Below, piece by piece: positions 48,175-57,799 of a stretch of 64,000 nucleotides of DNA. Within the stretch, counting starts at the first letter, position 1. The number at the start of each line of letters is the position of its first letter. The translations under genes and the position numbers were made by a program. Origin of the DNA: Vulcanimicrobiota bacterium (GTDB taxonomy: Bacteria; Vulcanimicrobiota; Vulcanimicrobiia; Vulcanimicrobiales; Vulcanimicrobiaceae); contig CAVZQC010000005.1 of the NCBI GenBank assembly GCA_963777315.1, positions 178,600-242,599 of the forward strand. Direction: 5' to 3'. Below the pieces are notes generated by a model. That model was given only the letters and a program-made list of their open reading frames with translations, made no database searches and was not told where the DNA came from.

Positions 48175-49604
48175 GAGCGGTACACGACCTCGGTCATCAT
48201 TCCGTCCATCATATGAATCTCGTTGTGGCAGTGCAACAACCAACGTCCGGGCGGAGAGTCGGCCCGGAAGCGCCAGGTCAGCGTCCCGGTATAGGCGCGA
48301 ACCAGCGACGTGTCCTTGGGCAGCGGGCGCACCATGCGCGCACCGTCGACTTCGATCACCTCAAAGACGTGCCCGTGAAGGTGCATGGGGTGGTCCATGT
48401 CGGTCGTATTCTTGAAATGCACTTCCACGACGTCGTTTCGGTTGACGAGGATCTTTTGCGTGTTGGGATACGTCTTGCCGTTGAGCGTCCATTTATTGCT
48501 GCCCCAGTCGCCGCCGCCGATCGTGAAATGGTACGAGCGCGTCGGCGCGGGCGGCGCGGAACCGCCGGTGCCTCCCGCGTTCTGATAGGTAAAATAATCG
48601 ACGCCTTCCATGGTTTGCGGGCTGCTCGCGGGCGCCGCGTTTTCCATGCCGGGAGTGTACAGCACCGCCGCCTGCTGGTACGCGAGCGGATCGCTGGAGA
48701 TGCCCTGCAGCAGCCATGCTCCGGGCTTGGTGATTTCCGCCCATGCGTCATACCGCTCGCCCACGCCCACGCGCAGCGCGTCGACTTGCAGTGGGCGCTG
48801 CAAACGATTGCCGTCGGTGTGCGTGACCGTCAAGCGATGTTCCGCCAAGCGGACGTACCGCGTTTGCGTCGGGTTCGCATTGAGAACGCGCAGACGAATG
48901 CGCTGGCCCACTTTGACGGGGAGCTTGCGCGTGTTCGGATACGATTGCCCGTTGATGCAGTGCGCGGCGTACGCGACTTCGTCGCCCATCTTGTCGTCCG
49001 GTTTCATCTGCAGCATTTCCGGCGAGCCGATCGGATCGACCATCGGCGCGGTGCTGGTTCCCATCATGGCGGCCTGAATGGTGGCCATCTTCGGAACGTC
49101 GTGAAAGATCAGCGCGAACTCTGCGTCGGCGGGCTCGTCTTTCGGATCCTCCACGACGATCATTCCGAACAGCCCGCGCGCCAAGCCGTCCGAGACGTGA
49201 TCGTGGTACCAGCGCGTCCCCGGGGGGCCGGGCGTGAATTCGTACAGGAACGATTCGCGATCCGGAACCGCGCTTTGCGTGACGCCGTCGACGCCGTCCA
49301 TCTTGTTGGGGAGAATCATTCCGTGCCAGTGGATCGTTGCCGGTTCACCGCTGGTGTTGACGAACTTCGCGCGCAACCGCTGTCCGTGATGCACTCGAAT
49401 GAGCGGGCCCGGAATCGTTCCGTTGAACGCCAGGCCCGCGAACGCAACGCCGGGCGTGGGCGAGAACGACAACGGCGCGGACGTGAGCGTATAATCCAGA
49501 ACGTCGCTCGCCGATGCAAGACGCGAGAGCGGCGGCAGCGCCGCGACGATCATCGCGCCGGTTCCGGCTCGCAAAAAAGCGCCGCGGCTGAGCCGGCGTT
49601 GCAC
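48171..49604 (-). CDS. Tat-exported multicopper oxidase
   Basis: RRLSRGAFL; HWHG, WYHDH, HPMHLHGH, HCHNEIHMMDGM. Confidence 0.92.
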   Translation of the reverse strand: MQRRLSRGAFLRAGTGAMIVAALPPLSRLASASDVLDYTLTSAPLSFSPTPGVAFAGLAFNGTIPGPLIRVHHGQRLRAKFVNTSGEPATIHWHGMILPNKMDGVDGVTQSAVPDRESFLYEFTPGPPGTRWYHDHVSDGLARGLFGMIVVEDPKDEPADAEFALIFHDVPKMATIQAAMMGTSTAPMVDPIGSPEMLQMKPDDKMGDEVAYAAHCINGQSYPNTRKLPVKVGQRIRLRVLNANPTQTRYVRLAEHRLTVTHTDGNRLQRPLQVDALRVGVGERYDAWAEITKPGAWLLQGISSDPLAYQQAAVLYTPGMENAAPASSPQTMEGVDYFTYQNAGGTGGSAPPAPTRSYHFTIGGGDWGSNKWTLNGKTYPNTQKILVNRNDVVEVHFKNTTDMDHPMHLHGHVFEVIEVDGARMVRPLPKDTSLVRAYTGTLTWRFRADSPPGRWLLHCHNEIHMMDGMMTEVVYRS

Positions 49605-51382
49605 TACTGTCCCACGTTCAAGGGCACGTCCATCGACGAGCCGTCGTACTGCACTTTGATCGTCCACGGGCCCCCCATCGAGAAGACGATCTTGCCCGTA
49701 AAGACGTTCGGGTCGCTCGGCGACGCGCTCAGATGCACCAGACGCGTTTGCATCGTGCTCGTTCCCATTTGCATGATCGGAACAACGCTCACGTCCTTGG
49801 GCGGCGTTCCCGAAAAGCGTACCGAGATCGTTGCATCGGTCACCGGCGTGGCGGGATCGAACGTCACGACGGGCGCCTGCTGATTCGTGCCGCCGTCCAA
49901 GCTCGACAGATAAGCGACGATATCGTCGACTTGACCGCTGGTGAAACCGAAATTCGGCATGGGCGCGCGCGGATGCACGATGAAATCCGCGATTTGCGCA
50001 GGCGCGAGCCGGTGCTCGATTCCGAACAGCGCCGGTCCGATCGAGCCGCCTTTGAGTTGCGCGCCGTGGCAGCCGGCGCAGCCGTTGGCCTGCACGAGTT
50101 TCGCGCCCGCATTCGAGTCCCCGGTCTGGGGCGCAACGCTCGGCGCGCTGGTCGCAGCGCTCGCCGGCGCGGGGGATGCCGGCGCAACGGCCGCTACCTC
50201 GGGCGCAGAAGCCGCGTTCGCCGAAACGAGCCGGCTGTTCGCCAGATATCGCTTACCATATTGATACGGACCCGCGTACGCAAAGCGAAACGCGATCTGC
50301 GGGTGGGAACCCGGATACATCCCGAGCTCGCTGATGAGCGCGAGATTGGGCAACACGTTGTGCGACAGATCGAGCACAATTTGCCGGTTGAGCGTGTCGC
50401 TGGAAGCCACGTCGTAGCGAAGCGCGATATGGTTGCGCCAGCCCAGATCGCGTTCGGCCTCGAAGAAAAAGCCGTTCAAATCGACGCCGTATTCGCCGAC
50501 GTCCGGGTTTGAATCTCTGCCGTGGTAGTACATCGTTTGGTAATGCCACGCGCTGTCTTGGTAGCCGAAATACACGCCGCTGCGCGTAAAGGTATTGCTG
50601 AGCAAAAACGTGCCGTCGGGATCGTCGACCGGAGAATCGCCGCGCATTGCAACCAGCCCGACGCTCCACGGAATCTGCATGCCGCCGTAGGACACGTTGA
50701 CGTCGAGCGTGCGCGGATTGTGCGTGCGGTTGAAGTCGAGCGCGTCGCCGGTTGGCCCGCTTCCGGTAAGCCATGACAAGTTGTACATGAACTCGTTCGA
50801 CATGCCGCTGAAAGCGACGCCCCAGCGCGCTTCGTTGGGATTGAAGTCGTTCTGCCCGGTGGTTTGGTCGGCCAGCAGATAATCGCTGATCGTCCAGGCG
50901 TGGGCCGGCATGAACGGAAACGGCGTGTGGAACTTGCCCAGCTGCAGCGAATTGGTGCCATGCAACAGTCCATTCCACGACAGCCACATCTGTTCGGTCT
51001 GGCCGATGACGCCCGAGTCGATGACGTGCTGTTCGGCGTACCACGTGAAGTTTCTGCCGAGAAATCCGCCGGCCAGCAGCGAGAGATCGTCCACCATCGT
51101 CGATCCGGGATGATCTTTATTTGCCAGCAGCGAGGTGATGTAAATGCGCGCGGAGATGGGCAGCGCGCTGTCCTGCAGATGGCGGTTGAGGATTTGAAAG
51201 TTCGTCATCATGACCGACATGCCGTAGCGGGTCATGCCGGGGAACGTGGTATGGCAGGTTTGGCACGAGACGCCTTGGCCGTTGGCGAAAACCGGAATCG
51301 CGTCGGCCGTTGCCGGCGCAGCTACCAGGACGAATGCGGCGGCGCAGAGCGTGCGCGCGCCGACGACGAGCAATCGGAGCAC
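49604..51382 (-). CDS. Cyc2-like cytochrome-porin fused to a second cytochrome c and a YtkA-like domain
   Basis: IPVFA...CQTCHTTFP after the signal peptide; beta-strand-rich middle; CAGCH...PMP; Met-rich C-terminus ending FSMGGPW. Confidence 0.7.
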   Translation of the reverse strand: MLRLLVVGARTLCAAAFVLVAAPATADAIPVFANGQGVSCQTCHTTFPGMTRYGMSVMMTNFQILNRHLQDSALPISARIYITSLLANKDHPGSTMVDDLSLLAGGFLGRNFTWYAEQHVIDSGVIGQTEQMWLSWNGLLHGTNSLQLGKFHTPFPFMPAHAWTISDYLLADQTTGQNDFNPNEARWGVAFSGMSNEFMYNLSWLTGSGPTGDALDFNRTHNPRTLDVNVSYGGMQIPWSVGLVAMRGDSPVDDPDGTFLLSNTFTRSGVYFGYQDSAWHYQTMYYHGRDSNPDVGEYGVDLNGFFFEAERDLGWRNHIALRYDVASSDTLNRQIVLDLSHNVLPNLALISELGMYPGSHPQIAFRFAYAGPYQYGKRYLANSRLVSANAASAPEVAAVAPASPAPASAATSAPSVAPQTGDSNAGAKLVQANGCAGCHGAQLKGGSIGPALFGIEHRLAPAQIADFIVHPRAPMPNFGFTSGQVDDIVAYLSSLDGGTNQQAPVVTFDPATPVTDATISVRFSGTPPKDVSVVPIMQMGTSTMQTRLVHLSASPSDPNVFTGKIVFSMGGPWTIKVQYDGSSMDVPLNVGQ

Positions 51383-51387
51383 AGTAA

Positions 51388-51442
51388 ACCTCCGTTACGG
51401 CGTGGTCGGGTATGAAGGATCGACCGTTACCGCGTGGGAGGT
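51388..51442 (-). promoter_or_regulatory. Hairpin sequestering the RBS of the cytochrome-porin gene
   Basis: ACCTCC within the Pro codons pairs with SD GGAGGT; inner stem GGTCG/CGACC. Confidence 0.65.
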
Positions 51443-51981
51443 GGGCGTTGAAAGCGAGACGTTCCGGCGTGCACCGCGAGCGCATACGCAATCGGCGAGG
51501 GCCGGCGCGAGATATAGGAACTGACGGTTTGCTGCAGCCGCTCGAGGTAACGGCTTGCGCCGTGCGCGCTGCGCGCGCACGCGGCCAGCAGCCGAGCAAA
51601 CAGTGACAGCACGTAAGCGCACGCCAACGCCACGACGATTTGCACGACGATGCCGAACCAAATGGCATGCGCGCCTTCGGCATGCTCGATCGCTGCGAAC
51701 AACGCGATTTGCGCGACTGCAAGGCGCGGCCACAACTCGGCGCACGATCGCTCCGCGGCCGTGTGCGTGAAAATGTTCGAGCGGCACAGCGATTCGGCGG
51801 CGCACAGCAGTGCGAGCGCGACAAGCAGCGCGAGCGAGCATTCGAGCGCCGGCGCCATCCAGGCGTGGCGACCGTCGGCCGCGCTGCGCCCCGAAAGCGC
51901 ATAGGCAAGCCCGTGCCCGGCCAAAGTTGCCGGAACGACGGCTGCAAGCCATACCGGAAGCGAGCGTTTTACGCCCAACAT
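51427..51981 (-). CDS. Membrane protein with C-terminal RPPP (paralog of 47641-48174)
   Basis: TM segments; GHGLAY, AIEHAEGAH; ends TSRFQRPPPTR. Confidence 0.7.
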   Translation of the reverse strand: MLGVKRSLPVWLAAVVPATLAGHGLAYALSGRSAADGRHAWMAPALECSLALLVALALLCAAESLCRSNIFTHTAAERSCAELWPRLAVAQIALFAAIEHAEGAHAIWFGIVVQIVVALACAYVLSLFARLLAACARSAHGASRYLERLQQTVSSYISRRPSPIAYALAVHAGTSRFQRPPPTR

Positions 51982-52165
51982 TACCACAACGATACTAGCG
52001 CCCTTCCCCGGTGGGGAAGGGTCGGCGGTCGTCCCTAGGGGGGCTTTGTCCCTGCGGGCGGGGACCTTTTGCCTTCCGAGCCACGGAACCCGGGAAGGCG
52101 GCGGGAGTGTTCAATGGAATACTCGCGACCCCCGCCCCAGGAAGTGAATACCGTCGGAGAGAGTC

Positions 52166-52714
52166 ATGACTGCCCGTTTACCGGTGGAAAACAGCGATAC
52201 CGTCAGTCTGGTGTGCGCACTGCTCGTGCGCTATCCCGAGATTGCGGCGATGCGCTGCACCCCGGGTGAGGGCACCGTGCGGTTTTCGTTCGCGGTAACG
52301 GCCCGGCTCGACAAAGCGATGCAGCGTACCGTGGCCGACGAAATCGCCTCGCACGTCGACGGGTTCTTTGCCCTGAACCGCGACGGCGGCCAGGTGCGCG
52401 TCGAATGTGAATCCGACCGGCCCATGAGCTTCGTCCACGTCACGCGCGATCTCGAGACCTTCACGAAGGACGAATTGGCGATGCTCACCGCCCTATTCGC
52501 CGAACGTTTCGGTACGGCGTTGGTGCGCAATCCGGTTCCGGACGAGCATCCCGACGAAGATCCCGCGCTGCAGGAAGAGCTGGCCGAGTCCGCCATCGAA
52601 GCCTTGCGTGACCCGGCCCAATCCAAGAGCTTGGTCGGGTTCCGCGAAGAGAAGACCATCCTGGTCTACTTTTTGAAATCTCAAAAGAAAGCAAAGGCGT
52701 CGGCCCGCAGATAG
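52166..52714 (+). CDS. Hypothetical protein
   Basis: RBS GGAGAG; typical codon usage; operonic with ymdB. Confidence 0.7.
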   Translation: MTARLPVENSDTVSLVCALLVRYPEIAAMRCTPGEGTVRFSFAVTARLDKAMQRTVADEIASHVDGFFALNRDGGQVRVECESDRPMSFVHVTRDLETFTKDELAMLTALFAERFGTALVRNPVPDEHPDEDPALQEELAESAIEALRDPAQSKSLVGFREEKTILVYFLKSQKKAKASARR

Positions 52715-53508
52715 CTAGCACACTCACTCTGCTCCTCATCGGGGACGTCGTCGGTTCACCCGGCCGCGAAACCCTCAAGCGTTGCGTCGCACTCGCGCGC
52801 GATCGGCACCACGTCGATATCTGCATCGCCAACGGCGAGAACGCCGCCGGCGGATTCGGCTTGACCGCGCAGAGCGCGCAAGAGATGTTTGCCGGCGGCG
52901 TCGACTTCATCACCAGCGGCAACCACATTTTCGACAAGCGCGAGTTCAAGCCGTACTTGGACTCCAGCGATCGCGTGATTCGCCCGGTGAATTATCCTCC
53001 CGGCGTTCCGGGCAGCGGCATCGGATACGTGTCGGCGGACGGCGTGACCGTCGGCGTGCTCAACGTCATGGGCCGCACGTTCATGCCCCCGGTCGACGAT
53101 CCGTTTCGCGCCGTGGACGCGGCGCTCGAACGAATCCGCGAACGCAGCAAGATCGTCGTCGTCGACGTGCACGCCGAAGCTACCAGCGAAAAGGTTGCGC
53201 TGGGACGCTATCTCGACGGCCGCGTGTCGGCCATCTACGGCACCCACACGCACGTTCAAACTGCAGACGAACAGATTTTGCCGGGGGGCACCGCGTACGT
53301 AACCGACGTCGGCATGACCGGACCGACCGAGGGTGTGATCGGAATGGAGGCCGGGCCGGTTCTCGATCGGTTTACCAGCGGATTCTCCGAACGCTTCTCC
53401 GTGCAAAAGACCGGAAGCAAACAATTTTGCGCCGCGGTAGTAACACTAGATGTGGAGTCCGGCCGCGCTACGGAAATAAAGCGCATCTTCCAGCGAGGCA
53501 TACCATGA
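52711..53508 (+). CDS. ymdB: YmdB-family metallophosphoesterase
   Basis: IGDVVGSPGR (upstream of the ORF-track start), NGENAAGG, SGNH, DVHAEATSEK, GTHTH; probable ATA start. Confidence 0.88.
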   Translation: MASTLTLLLIGDVVGSPGRETLKRCVALARDRHHVDICIANGENAAGGFGLTAQSAQEMFAGGVDFITSGNHIFDKREFKPYLDSSDRVIRPVNYPPGVPGSGIGYVSADGVTVGVLNVMGRTFMPPVDDPFRAVDAALERIRERSKIVVVDVHAEATSEKVALGRYLDGRVSAIYGTHTHVQTADEQILPGGTAYVTDVGMTGPTEGVIGMEAGPVLDRFTSGFSERFSVQKTGSKQFCAAVVTLDVESGRATEIKRIFQRGIP

Positions 53509-53801
53509 TACAGGATCCGGCAAAACACGTCACGACGAGCGTTCTCAAAGTCTCGGCGAAGAGCAACCCGAATTCGGTTGCCGGCGCGCTTGCCGCGGTT
53601 TTGCGCGAACGGGAGAGCGCCGAACTTCAGGCTGTGGGCGCCGGCGCCATCAATCAAGCCGTCAAGGCCGTTGCGATCGCGCGCAGCTATCTCAAAGCCG
53701 CGCAGATCGATTTGGCGTGCGTGCCTTCCTTTATAGACGTGGAGATCGAGGGCAACGAACGGACCGGGATCTCGCTGGCCGTCGAACGCCGCGCCGTTTG
53801 A
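53505..53801 (+). CDS. spoVS: Stage V sporulation protein S family
   Basis: VLKVSAKSNPNSVAGALA, QAVGAGAINQAVKAVAIAR. Confidence 0.93.
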   Translation: MIQDPAKHVTTSVLKVSAKSNPNSVAGALAAVLRERESAELQAVGAGAINQAVKAVAIARSYLKAAQIDLACVPSFIDVEIEGNERTGISLAVERRAV

Positions 53802-54604
53802 TCGTCGATTTTCACTCGCATACCTGGGAGAGCGACGGAACGCTCTCCCCTCCCGCGCTGTGCGCGCTCATGCACGATCGCGGCGTCGGCGTCTTTTCCA
53901 TCACCGATCACGACACGCTGGGCGCCTACGGCCAATTCGAGCCGCCGCCGGCGGCGCGCGTAATCACCGGCATCGAGATCAATACGACCTACGACGGCGG
54001 CGAAGTCCACGTGCTGGGCTACGGCCTGCCCCTGCACCCGTCGCCGCTCAGCTCGGTGCTGGAGCGCAACCGCCGCGCGCGGCGCGCGCGGGTCGGCCGG
54101 ATCGTCGAGCAGCTGCGCGATGCCGGGCACGGCATCACGCTCGAACACGTTCACGCCGAGGCAAACGAGCGCGCTTCGCTCGGGCGCCCGCACGTCGGCA
54201 AAGCGCTGGTGCGCCTGGGCATCGCACCCGATATCGAGAGCGCCTTTCGCGGTTTTCTGCGCCGCGGCACGCCCGGGTACGTGCCCTCGACGCACATCAC
54301 TCCCCACGAAGCCATCGACGTCATCACGGCGTCCGGCGGAATACCCGTGCTCGCGCATCCCGGCCGTCTGCGCGATTACGCGATCGTCGAGCAGCTCTCG
54401 CAGCACGGACTGCGCGGCCTGGAAGTCTTCTATCCCACCCACGAGCCCATGCAGGTTCAGCACTTTCGCGATCTAGCCAAGCGTTTCAAGCTGGTCATGA
54501 CGGCAGGCTCGGATTTTCATGACGCTCGTTATCATAAACGCGGCGTGGGAATCGAGGTGGAGCAAGAGGATATTACGCCGTTCTTGAAGCTGGTTGCAGA
54601 GTGA
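53798..54604 (+). CDS. PHP-domain phosphoesterase
   Basis: DFHSHT..SDG, ITDHD, GRPH, LAHP, GSDFH. Confidence 0.9.
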   Translation: MIVDFHSHTWESDGTLSPPALCALMHDRGVGVFSITDHDTLGAYGQFEPPPAARVITGIEINTTYDGGEVHVLGYGLPLHPSPLSSVLERNRRARRARVGRIVEQLRDAGHGITLEHVHAEANERASLGRPHVGKALVRLGIAPDIESAFRGFLRRGTPGYVPSTHITPHEAIDVITASGGIPVLAHPGRLRDYAIVEQLSQHGLRGLEVFYPTHEPMQVQHFRDLAKRFKLVMTAGSDFHDARYHKRGVGIEVEQEDITPFLKLVAE

Positions 54605-57234
54605 TCGCGCTTGTTCTCTTGCTCCTGACAACCCATGCGGACGTGACGTTGAGCAACGGCATGCGTGTGATCGCGGTCCAGGACAAACTCGCGCCGGTCG
54701 TCACGACCGTTATGACGTACGGCGTCGGCTCGAACGACGACACCGTTCCAGGCGTCGCGCACGCGACCGAACACATGTTGTTTCGGGGATTCGGCGACTT
54801 GACGTCGGGGCAGTTCTCCGATATCGCCGCGCGCATGGGCGGCACGTATAACGCGCAGACGAGCAACGAATATACGCGTTATTACTTTACCGCGCCCTCG
54901 CAGTATCTGCCGCTCATCCTGCGGCTGGAAGCGATGCGCATGACCCAGGCGTGGATCGCACCGGCGGAATGGGCCAACGAACGCGGGGCGGTCGAACAAG
55001 AGCTGCGCGCGCAGCAAAGCGTTCCGACCTATTCGTTGGGAGTAACGTTACGCTCGGACATCTTCGGCGACACGCCGTTGGCGGCCGCTACCGGGGGCAC
55101 GGTCGAATCGATTCAAACTTTGAGCGCAGCGCAGATTCGCTCGTTCTACCGCCGCTGGTACCACCCCAACAACGCCACGCTGGTCGTCGCCGGCGACGTC
55201 GAGCCCCGCAGCGTGATCCAGCAAGCGAGGGCGGTTTTCGCTGCAAACGTTTCGGCGCAGTTGCCGGCGCACCGTCCGGTTTCGATCCGTCCGCTGGCGG
55301 CAGCCACGATCGACCAGCGCGCGGACGTTGCGTTCCCCAGCGTTGCATTCGGCTATCGCTTTCCGTCGCTGAACTCGCCCGACTATGCGGCGGCGCTCGT
55401 TTTGCAGGCGGCGCTGAACGACCCTCGCGGCGCGCTGGCGGATCTTTCCGCCTCCGGAAGAACGCAAGGCGCCGGAGTTCTCGAGGGAGCGTTTCCGGAA
55501 GTGGGTTTTGCGTTCGTCCAAGCCGGCGTCACCGCGCACGGCGACGTCGATGCCACGCGCGCGCTGCTCGATGACACCATCGCAACATATCTGCGTTTGG
55601 GAGTTTCCTCGCAGCTCGTCGCGGATGCGAAACGGCGCCTGAGCGCGTCGCGCGCGTTCGAACAGGCTTCCATTCAATCGCTGGCGTTCGGCTGGGCCGA
55701 TGCCGCAATGCTGGGGCGCCGTACTCCGCTTTCGCTGTACGCAGAGATCGGTGCCGTCACGGACGCGGACGTCAACCGCGTCTTGCATGAATATGTGGTG
55801 CCGTCCAGCCGCATCACCGTCGTGATTCGACCCAAGCCCGGCGCGGCAACGCCGCGCACTGCCGCTTTGGCCCCGCTCGCAGTGGAGAATGTCGCCGGCA
55901 CGGTCGCACCGCCGCAACCGGCGCCGCTGTGGGCCCAGGCGTTTTTCAAACACGCACTGCATGCGCCGTCGCCGCTGCAGTACGTGCAAAGGTACGTGCT
56001 TCCCAACGGCATCCAACTCGCCGTTTTATCGCAGCGCACCGCACCCGTGGTCTACTTGGCCGGAACGATCAAGATGAATCAAACGCTGCACGCTCCGGCA
56101 ACTAAGCAAGGCGTGCTCGAGCTGACCTCTGCGCTGCAATCGTGGGGCGGGGGTCCATACGATAGAAAGGGCTTCGAGTCTGCAGCCGCCGCGATTCCGG
56201 CCGCAGTCCGTCCGGGCAGCTCGTTCGGTCTTCGCGTCGAGGCGAAGAACTTCGATCGCGCGCTTGCGCTGCTGGCCGATGCGCAACTTGCGCCGGCTTT
56301 TCCGGCCACTGGATTGCAAGTGCTGCGCAGCAGTTTCGGGCAGAGTTTGGCGGACGAGCAGAGTCAACCCGACTGGACCGCGCGACTGGCGATGGAGGCT
56401 GCGCTGTATCCGCCATCCGATCCGGTTCGCCGCCATCCCAGCGCGGCAACTGTGCGCGGCCTTACGATTGCCGACGTCAAGCAGTGGTATGCATCGGCGT
56501 ACCGGCCCGATTTGACCAGCATTGCCGTGGTCGGCGACATCGCGCCGCAGTACGTGCGTCAAGAGGTTCAAAAATATTTCGGGAGCTGGCGCGCGCATGG
56601 AACCAAGCCCGACTTTCATTATCCCAAGGTTGCGATGAATGGACCGGCCAGCCAGGACGTTTCGTCCGCCGATGCGCATCAAACGACCGTCCAGTTCACG
56701 GAGCTGTTGCCGATCTATCAAAGCAATTCCGGCTCTTTGGCGCTCGACCTTGCCGACACGATCCTGACCGGCGAAGGCGAGAGCTCGCTGCTGTTCGAGG
56801 ACCTGCGCAAGAACACGGGTTACGTCTACAACGTCGACTCCTTGCTCGATATCGGCAAGGTTCGTTCCACGTATCAGTTTACGTTCGCGGCGGATCCGAA
56901 GAACGCTCAAGCGGCCGCAGCGCGCTTGCTGGCGGATCTGCGCCGTTTGCAAACCACAGCGGTCAGCGAGGATGAACTCACGCGGGCGAAAGAAACCGTT
57001 TTGGCACGCAGCGTGCTGCCGCTGGCGGGCTATGCGGGGATCGTCGACGATCTTTTGGCTGCGGAATCGGGAACGCGAAACGTGTCGACGGGCGGATATA
57101 GCGGCAAGTCCATGTGGGGCACGCTGCTCTCGCTTACGCCCGCACAGTTGCGCGATGCGATGGCGCGCTGGATTCGCGTGGGCGATTTCGTGCGAATTAC
57201 GATTTCGCCGCAGAAGGCCCGAGCGCAGCGCTGA
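54601..57234 (+). CDS. M16 (pitrilysin-family) zinc peptidase
   Basis: HATEHMLFRG (HxxEH); duplicated LxNG halves. Confidence 0.88.
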   Translation: MIALVLLLLTTHADVTLSNGMRVIAVQDKLAPVVTTVMTYGVGSNDDTVPGVAHATEHMLFRGFGDLTSGQFSDIAARMGGTYNAQTSNEYTRYYFTAPSQYLPLILRLEAMRMTQAWIAPAEWANERGAVEQELRAQQSVPTYSLGVTLRSDIFGDTPLAAATGGTVESIQTLSAAQIRSFYRRWYHPNNATLVVAGDVEPRSVIQQARAVFAANVSAQLPAHRPVSIRPLAAATIDQRADVAFPSVAFGYRFPSLNSPDYAAALVLQAALNDPRGALADLSASGRTQGAGVLEGAFPEVGFAFVQAGVTAHGDVDATRALLDDTIATYLRLGVSSQLVADAKRRLSASRAFEQASIQSLAFGWADAAMLGRRTPLSLYAEIGAVTDADVNRVLHEYVVPSSRITVVIRPKPGAATPRTAALAPLAVENVAGTVAPPQPAPLWAQAFFKHALHAPSPLQYVQRYVLPNGIQLAVLSQRTAPVVYLAGTIKMNQTLHAPATKQGVLELTSALQSWGGGPYDRKGFESAAAAIPAAVRPGSSFGLRVEAKNFDRALALLADAQLAPAFPATGLQVLRSSFGQSLADEQSQPDWTARLAMEAALYPPSDPVRRHPSAATVRGLTIADVKQWYASAYRPDLTSIAVVGDIAPQYVRQEVQKYFGSWRAHGTKPDFHYPKVAMNGPASQDVSSADAHQTTVQFTELLPIYQSNSGSLALDLADTILTGEGESSLLFEDLRKNTGYVYNVDSLLDIGKVRSTYQFTFAADPKNAQAAAARLLADLRRLQTTAVSEDELTRAKETVLARSVLPLAGYAGIVDDLLAAESGTRNVSTGGYSGKSMWGTLLSLTPAQLRDAMARWIRVGDFVRITISPQKARAQR

Positions 57235-57799
57235 CCGCGGTGCGCACGCCCAGCTGCAACGGCTCGGCTTGACGTTCGAGCCGTTCCAACTCTGCGCGCT
57301 GCGTACCGGCAAGGTTCGCATTTTTCATGAACTTGTGATTCACGCGCACGTTATACGCGCAAGCCGCTAGTGCCGCGCGCGCGAATTCCGCCGCGCATCC
57401 CACGTCGCTCATCAGATTCGCGTTCTGCAGCTCGGTCGCTTGGAATGCTAAGCGCAAGGCGCTCAGCGCGGCGGTGGCGCCTTCGAGCGGCACGCCCGCA
57501 GCCTCTTCGAGCGCTTGCTGCACGGCGAGGGCATTCCCCCGGACGGCCACCACCGCCGCGTAGGCCGCCTCGTCGCGTTCGCGCAGCTGCAGCATGCGCG
57601 AGCGCAGCCCGTCCGCCTCTTCGTAAAGTGCATGTGCCAGAGAGTGCACCGCCTCGTACTTCGGTCGTGCCGCGCAGATGCGCGCAACCATCGCGACCAG
57701 CGCGCAAGCGGCCGCGCCCACGACCATGGCGGCGCTGCCGCCCCCCGGAACGGGCTCTTCGGAAGACAGTCGCGCCAGATATTCGTCCAGCGATTCCAC
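57197..57799 (-). CDS. Formiminotetrahydrofolate cyclodeaminase/cyclohydrolase family
   Basis: PVPGGGSAA, LVAMVA, NLMSD, NVRVN. Confidence 0.85.
   Translation of the reverse strand: MESLDEYLARLSSEEPVPGGGSAAMVVGAAACALVAMVARICAARPKYEAVHSLAHALYEEADGLRSRMLQLRERDEAAYAAVVAVRGNALAVQQALEEAAGVPLEGATAALSALRLAFQATELQNANLMSDVGCAAEFARAALAACAYNVRVNHKFMKNANLAGTQRAELERLERQAEPLQLGVRTAVSAALGPSAAKS

Noticed and set aside
48213..49883. Long antisense ORFs (also 2711-4282, 13737-14693, 25416-26723, 32378-33583, 57810-59075)
   Set aside because: Shadow ORFs opposite well-supported genes, expected at high GC; no recognisable motifs.
53505..53801. spoVS as evidence of sporulation
   Set aside because: SpoVS also occurs in non-sporulating lineages, and no other spo genes are present here.
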